Shown: positions 20,773 through 29,391 of the stretch, one piece after another | How positions within the stretch are numbered: the stretch's first letter is position 1 | Layout of the letters: each line of letters begins with the position of its first letter | Source: Candidatus Latescibacterota bacterium | GTDB taxonomy: Bacteria; Latescibacterota; UBA2968; GCA-2709665 | DNA: 64,000 bases | Assembly (NCBI GenBank): GCA_965116875.1 | Contig: OZ220733.1 | Coordinates: 3,040,001 to 3,104,000, forward strand | Reading direction: 5' to 3' | The notes under the pieces: model-generated | Seen by the model: only the letters and a program-made list of their open reading frames with translations | Told to the model about the DNA's origin: nothing | Databases searched by the model: none | Position numbers and translations under genes: made by a program

Positions 20773-21942
20773 ATGAGGCAATACGAGAAGACCCACCCCT
20801 GGATCACGTTTCAGATCGATCTCCGTGAAGTGCCCTATACGCTTTGGATCAAACTGGGTGAATGTACGTCCAAGATCGAGCACATCTCAAGGGTGCCACT
20901 GGTACATGACTCGGCGGAGGATCTCTATAAGATTTATCTGGCCAAGGGTGTCCATGCCACCACCGCAATTGAAGGCAATACCCTGTCCGAAGAGGACGTA
21001 CTGCGGCACATTGAGGGCGAACTGGAACTGCCGCCGTCACGTGAGTATCTGGCTCAGGAGATTGACAACATTGTTAAAGCGATAAACCTCACCATCGAGG
21101 GAATGCGGGAAGGGTCGGTTGAACCACTGGAGATTGAATGGATCATAGAGATGAATAAGGCTGTTCTCGACAAGCTCAATCAACAGGAAGGATCGACTCC
21201 AGGTACGATTCGGACCCATTCCGTGGGCGTGGGTGGGAGGTATCGAGGAGCGCCGGCAGAGGATTGTGAATACCTGCTGGAGAGGCTTTACCGGTGGTTA
21301 AGAGAAGAATTCAAGGCACCGGAAGGCGAAGAAATTACGTTTGCAACCATCAAGGCGGTACTAGCTCATCTCTACCTGGCCTGGATCCATCCGTTTGGCG
21401 ACGGAAACGGTCGCACCGCCCGGTTGGTGGAACTCGCAATCTTGTTGCAGGCGGGCATACCGGTACCCGCATGTCACCTGTTGAGTAGCCATTATAGCGC
21501 TACACGTGCCGAATACGCGCGGCAACTTGCGCGGACCAGCCAATCCGGAGGAGAGATTGTACCTTTTCTCTACTATGCCGTGCAGGGATTCCTCGACGGG
21601 CTTAACGGTCAGTTGGAGATGATCTGGAAACAGCATCTGGACATTGTCTGGCAGCACCATATATATCAACATTTCCCGAAACAGGATACCGTCGCCGGCA
21701 AACGGCGCCGCGAACTGTTGCTGGAACTATCAAAAAGCGATCAAGCAGTAAGCGCATTGGCGCTTACTTTGTCAATTGAGAGTTTAGGACCGTCGTACAT
21801 GAAGAATCCATTCATCATCACGAAGGATCTGCAATGGCTCACTGAAAAAGGTTGGATTTCAAAGGACGGGAATAGCTACGTCGCCAATAAAGAGACGATG
21901 CTGAATCTCCGGCCGTTTCGGGTGCCTTCAAGTGGGAGATAA
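20773..21942 (+). CDS. Fic family protein with probable C-terminal wHTH
   Basis: HPFGDGNGR; TTAIEGN inhibitory motif. Confidence 0.93.
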   Translation: MRQYEKTHPWITFQIDLREVPYTLWIKLGECTSKIEHISRVPLVHDSAEDLYKIYLAKGVHATTAIEGNTLSEEDVLRHIEGELELPPSREYLAQEIDNIVKAINLTIEGMREGSVEPLEIEWIIEMNKAVLDKLNQQEGSTPGTIRTHSVGVGGRYRGAPAEDCEYLLERLYRWLREEFKAPEGEEITFATIKAVLAHLYLAWIHPFGDGNGRTARLVELAILLQAGIPVPACHLLSSHYSATRAEYARQLARTSQSGGEIVPFLYYAVQGFLDGLNGQLEMIWKQHLDIVWQHHIYQHFPKQDTVAGKRRRELLLELSKSDQAVSALALTLSIESLGPSYMKNPFIITKDLQWLTEKGWISKDGNSYVANKETMLNLRPFRVPSSGR

Positions 21943-21951
21943 CTTCAATTG

Positions 21952-22263
21952 ATGAGGCCGAGAATCGACGTCCGGAAAAACAAGATCGCCGCATTCTGCC
22001 AGCGGAACGGAATCAAGCGGCTGGCGCTGTTCGGCTCGGTGCTACGTGACGACTTCACTGCGGAGAGCGACGTGGATGTGATCGTGGAGTTCGAGCCGGG
22101 CAAGACGCCGGGACTGAAGTACATCGACATGCAGGATGAGTTGTCGGTGATATACGGGAGAAAAGTCGACCTTCACACCTTCAGAGGGGTCGAAAGCAAC
22201 CCGAACTGGCTGCTTCGGAACGAAATACTAAACTCAGCGGAGGCGGTCTATGAGCAGACGTGA
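21952..22263 (+). CDS. MNT nucleotidyltransferase (MntA-like antitoxin)
   Basis: LALFGSVLRDDFTAESDVDVIVEF, GRKVDL. Confidence 0.92.
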   Translation: MRPRIDVRKNKIAAFCQRNGIKRLALFGSVLRDDFTAESDVDVIVEFEPGKTPGLKYIDMQDELSVIYGRKVDLHTFRGVESNPNWLLRNEILNSAEAVYEQT

Positions 22264-22312
22264 TGACCGAGCAAGCCTCGCGGATTTGCTTATGTACGCC
22301 AGAGATCTTTAA
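22250..22312 (+). pseudogene. truncated HEPN/DUF86 toxin N-terminus
   Basis: MSRRDDRASLADLLMYARDL* overlaps MNT end as in MNT-HEPN pairs; stops after 20 aa. Confidence 0.45.
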
Positions 22313-22363
22313 CGTCTGATTGGGAAATTGGAGACAATCGTAAGAGAGTAGACGTAGAAACCC

Positions 22364-22423
22364 AACGCGGCCAGATGGTTGAGTCTGACCGGACACTCCG
22401 GCGTTCAACGATCTGGCCGCGTT
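22364..22423. terminator. long hairpin between convergent genes
   Basis: AACGCGGCCAGAT/ATCTGGCCGCGTT 13-bp arms plus inner pairing. Confidence 0.55.
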
Positions 22424-22447
22424 TCGGTGTGATATCTGTTTCCATTG

Positions 22448-23185
22448 TCAGACAGAGACGGCGGTCCGCGCGAAGGCGGCGGCGAGGACGTAGAGGATCC
22501 AGAGGCCGAAGACCCCCATCCCCGCAAGCTTTGTCCGAATCCCCGCAACAGCCCCCAGACCCACCGCAATCAGCAGGTACTTCCATACGGCGAAGACGGT
22601 GATCATGGAAAGGAAGTGATCCGCGAAACCCCCTTTCATGGATTCAGACACAAACAGACCCAGGCCGACCTGCACCGATGGCGAATCCCATGCCGTGGCA
22701 AGCAGAACCGTAACGATGGCGGCGGGGATGACCACGAGGGAGCTGTAGCTCACAACGGCCAGGATCTTTTTGAACGTGCCGTCCCCGCCGAATACGAAAT
22801 TGGCAAGCGCGAAAAATATCACCGCCTGGACGAAAATCGTCACGGAAGTCCCGATGGAAGGGAGGACAACGGCGCCCAGGCCCATCACCCGCTGCGCGCT
22901 TTCCAGGGCCAGCGCCCGCTGTTCTTCCGTAAGGGATTCATCTTGCGCGAGCCGCTCCTGCATGGCCTCCATACCGGCCGTCTGCGCGGCGGGCATGAGC
23001 TGGTACGCGGAAATCATGCCCACAACCACGATGATGATCATTGGGAGATACCAGTCCCGGTGATCGACCTGCGCGTTTACCGCGGCGAATGTCCGTCCGG
23101 GTGAGACCAGGGCTCCGATCATCCTGCTGACGATTCCCATCTCCTCTCTACTCTTCACATCCTGGGCATCCGTGGATTCTTCCAT
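22448..23185 (-). CDS. Yip1 family membrane protein
   Basis: GALVSPGRTF start, five TM segments, FKKILAVVSYS; GGAGGAG RBS before MEESTD. Confidence 0.85.
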   Translation of the reverse strand: MEESTDAQDVKSREEMGIVSRMIGALVSPGRTFAAVNAQVDHRDWYLPMIIIVVVGMISAYQLMPAAQTAGMEAMQERLAQDESLTEEQRALALESAQRVMGLGAVVLPSIGTSVTIFVQAVIFFALANFVFGGDGTFKKILAVVSYSSLVVIPAAIVTVLLATAWDSPSVQVGLGLFVSESMKGGFADHFLSMITVFAVWKYLLIAVGLGAVAGIRTKLAGMGVFGLWILYVLAAAFARTAVSV

Positions 23186-23423
23186 TGTTTTCTCCTCCGA
23201 ATGTGTGTCTCGCTTCATTCAGGTTGCTCTCCCGATTCGAAGTGCAGACGTCTCCTGTAATATAAGCTCTCAGGCATAGAATACAAACCGGATGCCGCGA
23301 CGTGACGCTCGTCCACCGGACGGTTTACGGGTTGCGGAAGACAGGATGTTTCGGCAAAATGGGGGACACGTGGACCCGGGCTGATATGCGAATTTATCAT
23401 GCGAACGGAAAGGGGTGAACCGA

Positions 23424-26402
23424 ATGTCAATCGGGAAAAAGCGTAGCCGGTTTGTCAGCGCGGCGATGCGGTCGAACGCGGTAGCGAATGCGACGAAGCA
23501 CGGATGGGCGCGCGAGCAGCAGGAACGCGCGGTTGCGGCTGCCGGCGAGTGGGTGGACCGTTCGGACGATGCGCTGTGGGCAATGGTTACCGCACAGGAG
23601 CTTCCGCGGACGGTCTACACGAACGAAGGCGTTACCTATAAAGGCCAGCAGCCATACTGCCCCGGCTGCGGAGAGGAGGCGCCTGCGAAATCGGGACGCG
23701 AATGGTGGGAATTCAGCGACGCCAGGCCGTGGAAGATCTGGTGCGAACACTGCAAGGAGGTCTATCCGAAGAACGATTTCGGTGCTTTCTACGCGACCGC
23801 CCTGGACGCGCAAGGGATGTTCAGGCGCGAGTTGGGCGACCGGTCGCTTCTCTTCAACGCCGACCATCCCGACCCGTCGGATCCTCTGCGCGAGCTCTAT
23901 GTCGACGACGGCTACGGGATGTTCGACGAACAGGGCAACCGTCACGACATCATCGCGTACTACAATTTCGAAGCCGTATGGCGCCGGATACAGCGAGGCG
24001 TCGCCGCGCTCGCCGAAGCGTACTCGCTCACCGGCGACAGGCGATACGCTCACAAGGCCGGCGTACTGCTGTACAGAATCGCCGACGTCTATCCCGAAAT
24101 GGACTACCTGCCGCTGCACGAACTGGGATTTCAGCACAGCCAGGGCGGCTCCGGAAGAGGCCGTATCGAGGGGTGCATCTGGGAAACATTCGTCGCGCAG
24201 TGCCTCGCCCGAAGCTACGATCTCATATTTGACGGCATCCAGGAAGACGATGACCTGGTGGCGTTCTGCTCGTACAGGGCCGGACGATTCGCGCCGGGGA
24301 CCGAGAGCAGCATTGGCGTAATCTGCGGACACATCCACGAACATCTGCTGCTGGAGGCGCTCGCATCGGTGAAGGATGGCAGGATCAGCGGCAATACCGG
24401 AATGAACCACTCCTCCCTGGCAACCGCGGCGATCGCCCTGGACGACCCGGAATTGACGCCGCAGTGGCTGGACTGGCTGTTCGATCCCGGTTTTCCGGGG
24501 AAACACGCGGCGCAGAAAGACCCGGTGACCTGGGTGTTGACAGAGGGACTCGACAGAGACGGCATGGGCGGTGAGTGCGGCGGCTACGGGCTGATCTGGA
24601 CCCGCCACATGCGGGAATTGGCGCAGATTCTGTCCACGTATCCTGAGTACACGAAACACAATCTCGTCGCGGATTACCCCAAGCTCAAGCAGGCGTATCT
24701 GGTGGAGTCCCGGCTGAACGTGCTGGACGCGATGATGCCCAATACAGGTGACAGCGGCGCCGTTGGCGCATGGGGCAGGCAGGGCGATGCCGCGACCTAT
24801 GCCCGGGCGTACAGGCTGTACGGGGACCCGCGTTTCGCATCGCTGGCCTGGAAGGAGCACGTTGTGCACGGGTCCTCACTGCGCCTGGACGACGACATTT
24901 TCCGGGAGGATCCCGACGCGCTGATCCGGGAGATCGAAGAAGCCGGACACTTGGCGACAGGCATCCTGACAAGCGATCACTTCGGCCGGTACGGGCAGGC
25001 GCAGTTACAGACCGGAAGTCCGAAAAACGGTCGCGCGGTGTTTATCCACTACGGGCAGGGAAAGGGTCACTCTCACCACGACGCCCTCAACCTGGGACTG
25101 CTGGCGAAAAACGTGGCGATGATTCCAGATCTCGGCTACCCGGAATATACCGGGTCCTGGCCGAAACGGCACGCGTGGACGGCCAACACGATCAGTCACA
25201 ATACGCTGCTGGTGGGAGATACCAGGTCGGCATACAGCCCGGGCGGGCAGATCGAAACCTTCGCCGTTGAACCCCCATTGCGCGCCATCCAGGTGGATGC
25301 GCCCAATGCCTATGAGGAGATGCGAACCTACCGGCGTACGGTTGCGCTGGTGGACGTGGACGAGGACAACAGCTACGTACTGGACGTGTTTCGCGCGCGG
25401 GGCGGGGCCAACCACCGGCTGTCCTGGCACGGGGCCGCGGAAACGGCGCAGGCCGCGGGCGTTGAACTCGCCGGTCAGGATGGCGGCACGTTCGCCAGCC
25501 CGGACGTTTCGTTCGCCACGCTGGACGGCGAGAACGAGGAATTCTACAAGGAGAGCGGCTTCACGTACCTCTACGACGTTGCGCGCTCGACAGGCCCCGT
25601 ACAGCAATCCTACACCGTTGACTGGAAGATCGAAGACATCCGCGGCCGGATCCCGGAAGGCAGCGAACCCCATCTTCGCCTCCACGCGCTCACACCCTGC
25701 GACGAGGTCGCGCTGGCTACGGGAGATTCGCCGCGCCGGCTGCAACGGCCCAGATATCTCATCCAGAGCAGGCTGGGCGAGGAGGTTCAGAGCCGGTTTG
25801 TCAACGTCCTGGAAACCTTTGATACCAATCCGTTCATCGTTCAGGTACGCGATCTGGAGGTGAGACACGGAGGAGACGCCTGCACGGCGGGCGCCGTGGC
25901 CGTGGAACTGGCCGACGGTCGCAGGGACATCCTGATCAGCTGCGAGGAGACGATGGAAGTCGAGGTGGAAGGCGGAATCAGATTCAACGGGATGTTCGGA
26001 ATGATCCGGCAGGCGGGCAATGAGGTCCAACTGATGAGAATGATCGGCGGCACATCGCTCGCATCAGGGGGAACCGAACTGACGTCGGAACGGGCCGCCT
26101 GGCGCGGGACGGTTGCCCGGATCGACGCGTCCGATCCCGCGGACAATACGGTCGACCTGGATCCGCCGCTGCCGCGGGATGCAGACCTTGCCGGCCGGAC
26201 GATCCACTTCATCAACAATCTGCCGATGGACACGAGCTACAGAATCGCGGCCGTCACGGATAACGGGGTATCGACAGGCGACATTACGATTGTCAGGGGA
26301 CTCAGGGAAGGTACCGACGTCGCCAGCGGGTACACGTACCTCGTCAATCCCGGGGATAAGTACGTTGTGCCGGCGATCACAGCGTTCGGAGACGAAACTT
26401 AA
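23424..26402 (+). CDS. heparinase II/III-family polysaccharide lyase-like protein
   Basis: GHSHHDALNLGL, PDLGYP, TISHNTLLV motifs; N-terminal CPGC/CEHC. Confidence 0.8.
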   Translation: MSIGKKRSRFVSAAMRSNAVANATKHGWAREQQERAVAAAGEWVDRSDDALWAMVTAQELPRTVYTNEGVTYKGQQPYCPGCGEEAPAKSGREWWEFSDARPWKIWCEHCKEVYPKNDFGAFYATALDAQGMFRRELGDRSLLFNADHPDPSDPLRELYVDDGYGMFDEQGNRHDIIAYYNFEAVWRRIQRGVAALAEAYSLTGDRRYAHKAGVLLYRIADVYPEMDYLPLHELGFQHSQGGSGRGRIEGCIWETFVAQCLARSYDLIFDGIQEDDDLVAFCSYRAGRFAPGTESSIGVICGHIHEHLLLEALASVKDGRISGNTGMNHSSLATAAIALDDPELTPQWLDWLFDPGFPGKHAAQKDPVTWVLTEGLDRDGMGGECGGYGLIWTRHMRELAQILSTYPEYTKHNLVADYPKLKQAYLVESRLNVLDAMMPNTGDSGAVGAWGRQGDAATYARAYRLYGDPRFASLAWKEHVVHGSSLRLDDDIFREDPDALIREIEEAGHLATGILTSDHFGRYGQAQLQTGSPKNGRAVFIHYGQGKGHSHHDALNLGLLAKNVAMIPDLGYPEYTGSWPKRHAWTANTISHNTLLVGDTRSAYSPGGQIETFAVEPPLRAIQVDAPNAYEEMRTYRRTVALVDVDEDNSYVLDVFRARGGANHRLSWHGAAETAQAAGVELAGQDGGTFASPDVSFATLDGENEEFYKESGFTYLYDVARSTGPVQQSYTVDWKIEDIRGRIPEGSEPHLRLHALTPCDEVALATGDSPRRLQRPRYLIQSRLGEEVQSRFVNVLETFDTNPFIVQVRDLEVRHGGDACTAGAVAVELADGRRDILISCEETMEVEVEGGIRFNGMFGMIRQAGNEVQLMRMIGGTSLASGGTELTSERAAWRGTVARIDASDPADNTVDLDPPLPRDADLAGRTIHFINNLPMDTSYRIAAVTDNGVSTGDITIVRGLREGTDVASGYTYLVNPGDKYVVPAITAFGDET

Positions 26403-26408
26403 CTCAGC

Positions 26409-26787
26409 TCACACAAAGACACAAAGGCACGGAGGCACAAAGGAAGCGAGGGGGGAAAGGCGGGCGCCCACAAGGGACGCCCCTACAAATGCAACATCGG
26501 TGCGGGACGGAACAACGCGCCCTGCTCTGGAAATGCTCGCGAGTGACTTCGCGCTCGATAGCATGATGCGTTTCTGATAGCGAACGATATGGCCTGGCAC
26601 CGCCAATCACGTACGTCAGCGCCAATATGTGGGCGACCGGCCGGTAGCCCCTACAATCTCAGTGGCGGCGATGGAGTGTCATCGTTCCAAGTTTCAGCCC
26701 TTCGCAACTTTCCCTTTTTCCTTCTTCCTTTTTCCTTCTTTTTGATTCTCTCCCGTCTCCCCGCATTTCTTCGTGACTTTGTGTGAG
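26409..26787. repeat. nested cluster of repeat elements
   Basis: Outer CTCACACAAAG/CTTTGTGTGAG inversion enclosing two GTAG REPs, the shared 18.5-kb core and a CCTTTTT heptamer tract. Confidence 0.7.
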
Positions 26788-26818
26788 ATAAGGTTCTGCC
26801 ACGGCACCCACGGTCTTC

Positions 26819-27376
26819 CTATCTCATCCCCTTGTAATCCTCGCGGGTAATCTCGAAATCCAGCACCTTTCCGCCATCCACCTCTCGCGCGACGGTCAGG
26901 CCGAGCGATCGCCACAACGCCGCTGAGCGCGCATTGTCGATGTGTACGTCCATCGGGCAGAAGCGATCGATCCTCAGTTCATCAAACGCATGGGCCATCA
27001 GACAACGCACGACTTCCTTGCCGTACCCCCGACCCCACAGCGACTTGTCCCAGATCCCGATGGGCATGCGCATCACCCTCTCGCCCTCGATTTTTCCACG
27101 ATTCAGATTCATCCACTGAAGACACACTTCGCCGATGGTCCGGCCGCTCGCCTTCTCGACGATGGCAAACAGGAATCCCTGTTTCGCCATCGCCTTGCCG
27201 GCGCCTTTGAGATACTCGATCGTGACGGGTTCGCCCGGCGGTTCCGCTTCCATCGCATTCAGGAAATCGGGGTCCCGATAGAACGGAACGGCCAGATCAA
27301 AATCCGCCTCATCGAACGGCCGCAGCCTCAGGCGAGGCGTTTCCAGGTGAAGGTTGTGACCGGCAAAGTTCTGCAT
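26819..27376 (-). CDS. GNAT (RimJ/RimL-type) N-acetyltransferase
   Basis: LETPRLRLRP, WGRGYGKE, NARSAALWRSLG. Confidence 0.88.
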   Translation of the reverse strand: MQNFAGHNLHLETPRLRLRPFDEADFDLAVPFYRDPDFLNAMEAEPPGEPVTIEYLKGAGKAMAKQGFLFAIVEKASGRTIGEVCLQWMNLNRGKIEGERVMRMPIGIWDKSLWGRGYGKEVVRCLMAHAFDELRIDRFCPMDVHIDNARSAALWRSLGLTVAREVDGGKVLDFEITREDYKGMR

Positions 27377-27420
27377 TCTCCGGATTTCTTCCTTCCCGGT
27401 GTCGCGGTATGCGGCGGATC

Positions 27421-28419
27421 TCAACCCTGAGCCGAATACGACAGCTCCATCCCGTCTTCTGCGTCCACCGTGATTCGCAGAACGCAGGGGCGGACCAGGG
27501 TAGCAGGCACAGGTTGGCTGTTTACGCGGACCCGGGGATACCGGCACCACGCCGCGGGTACGTCCGCGTCCAGGGTGAGCGCCCGGCACGTGACCCGGTC
27601 GGACAACCCGTCCACGTTCAGCCGATAGCGCTTTTCGTCGGCGGTATCGGCGAGATCGGTAACCCTGGTGTGGCGTCGGGTGAGATGGTAGAAGATGGCT
27701 TCCTCGGGCACGGCGCACCACACGTCTTCGCCGCCTTCCTCGACGACGGCCTCAAAGCGGCGTCGGAGCTGTTCCGCGGTGCAGTCCTTGTTCGGGTGGA
27801 CCACCTCATCCAGCGGGCAGTGACAATAGTCGATGATCCATCCGCTGTCCGCCTGCGCATGGCGTATGTTTCTGTACGGATCGAACTCGCTGTAGAAGGG
27901 TTCGTAGAACTGGTCGTGCAGGGCCGTGCGGTTCAACCAGAAGAGTTCGTCGACGGGCCGGTTGAGCGCGTCCGTCAGGCTCATCGCGCCCAGGTAGCCG
28001 TACTCGCGACAGGCTTCCAGGACGTGATCCGCCATGTTCGTATTGTTCCCGGGCGAGCAGTAGAGGTCCACCGGTCCGTCGATGGCGTCCTCCAGTACCT
28101 TCTTCGCTTCCCTCAGTTCACGGTCCAGCATGTCCGGCCGGATCACTTCGTGGCTCCATGAGTGGTTGCCCACACCCCATCCGCGGTCGACCATCTCCTT
28201 CATTTCCTCACCGTTCATATGCCGGAAACCGTTGTAGCTGGAAGCGCCGAGTTGCCGGATTTCGCCGATGTGACCCGCTACCGCCTCCATGTGTCCCGGT
28301 ATTCCGAATGCTTCGTGAATCGGCACGGCGCGTTCGTGCAGTTCGATCAGGGCTTCGTCGTACGTTATGGAGTAGACCCATTTCTTTCCGTGTTTCCAGT
28401 CACAGATTCTGAGCGCCAT
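27421..28419 (-). CDS. polysaccharide deacetylase family protein
   Basis: SITYDE and GNHSWSH NodB-like motifs. Confidence 0.75.
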   Translation of the reverse strand: MALRICDWKHGKKWVYSITYDEALIELHERAVPIHEAFGIPGHMEAVAGHIGEIRQLGASSYNGFRHMNGEEMKEMVDRGWGVGNHSWSHEVIRPDMLDRELREAKKVLEDAIDGPVDLYCSPGNNTNMADHVLEACREYGYLGAMSLTDALNRPVDELFWLNRTALHDQFYEPFYSEFDPYRNIRHAQADSGWIIDYCHCPLDEVVHPNKDCTAEQLRRRFEAVVEEGGEDVWCAVPEEAIFYHLTRRHTRVTDLADTADEKRYRLNVDGLSDRVTCRALTLDADVPAAWCRYPRVRVNSQPVPATLVRPCVLRITVDAEDGMELSYSAQG

Positions 28420-28440
28420 AGCGTCTTCCTTTCTCCGGCT

Positions 28441-29244
28441 TTAACCTTGATTCGTCATTTTTCGGGGAGGTTGATCCGTTTCCGAATCCATGGCCTCCAT
28501 GAACGCCTGGAACGTGGTGCTGTATCCGATTTTCCATTCGAAAATGTGGATGCCGTAACGCGTGGCAAGACGCTCGTCAAAGGTGTCCGGACGTTCCACG
28601 CCCACCGTCCCGTCCCGCATCAATATGCAGCGGTATCCGCGCGACAGCATCGCCTGCCCGCCGCCTTCGGAGCCCAGAACGCACATATCGGCCGCGAATC
28701 CCGTGTAGATGAGGGTGTCGATGTCGTTGTCTTTCAAATATGCGTCCAGGGTGTCTGTGTAAAAGACCATCGGCTCGTCGCCGACGGGGGACACGATTGC
28801 AGCCCGGCGCATCTTCGCGAGCGGGGAGTGTTTCATATAGTCGGGGCCATGCGCGCGGTCCAGCATTTCCTTCTGGCGGCCGGTGGGTTTCCGGACGTTC
28901 GTCCTGTCCCGCCTGGACGGGATGTGCGGATACTGTTCGTCCATCCAGTCCGCTTCCACGTGTACCACGGGAAGGCCGATCGCCCGCGCCGCGTCCATGG
29001 CCGGGCGCATCACCTCGCACATGATGCGGTACCCTTCCGCGGTGGCCTCGGGCCAGCCCAGGTCCACGCAGTAGTCCATGTTCAGGGGAGGCCCGTCGGG
29101 GCAGCCGATGTTCCAGCAGTGCATGCCGATGAGCGCCGTTCGCCGGACGGGAAGCTCGAACCTGACCGATTCGTACCCCGGGCTGTCGATCGGCAGCGCG
29201 CGATAGTAGCGCGCATCCAGATGGATCGTAGCGGAATCCGGCAT
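28441..29244 (-). CDS. isochorismatase/cysteine hydrolase family protein
   Basis: RTALIG, TLIYTGFAADMCV, ILMRD. Confidence 0.8.
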   Translation of the reverse strand: MPDSATIHLDARYYRALPIDSPGYESVRFELPVRRTALIGMHCWNIGCPDGPPLNMDYCVDLGWPEATAEGYRIMCEVMRPAMDAARAIGLPVVHVEADWMDEQYPHIPSRRDRTNVRKPTGRQKEMLDRAHGPDYMKHSPLAKMRRAAIVSPVGDEPMVFYTDTLDAYLKDNDIDTLIYTGFAADMCVLGSEGGGQAMLSRGYRCILMRDGTVGVERPDTFDERLATRYGIHIFEWKIGYSTTFQAFMEAMDSETDQPPRKMTNQG

Positions 29245-29305
29245 GTCAAACGCCTTTCGGGAACGACGACGAAACGGAAGGAATTCACGGGATGCGCCGG
29301 CCTTG

Positions 29306-29391
29306 ACAGTCCGTTGATAAAGTCGCTCTGCAGGCCTGCCAGTGACGTCCTGGCAGGCGGGTAGCCTGGATGGACTCTCTCAACGGACTGT
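29306..29391 (+). mobile_element. internally deleted MITE-like element (CAGTCCGTTGA family)
   Basis: Perfect 12-bp TIR ACAGTCCGTTGA/TCAACGGACTGT; subterminal sequence matches the 54.7-kb copy. Confidence 0.75.

Noticed and set aside
16240-22330. Prophage or integrative element
   Set aside because: No integrase, structural genes or att repeats; a host-like nitroreductase interrupts the AT-rich segments.
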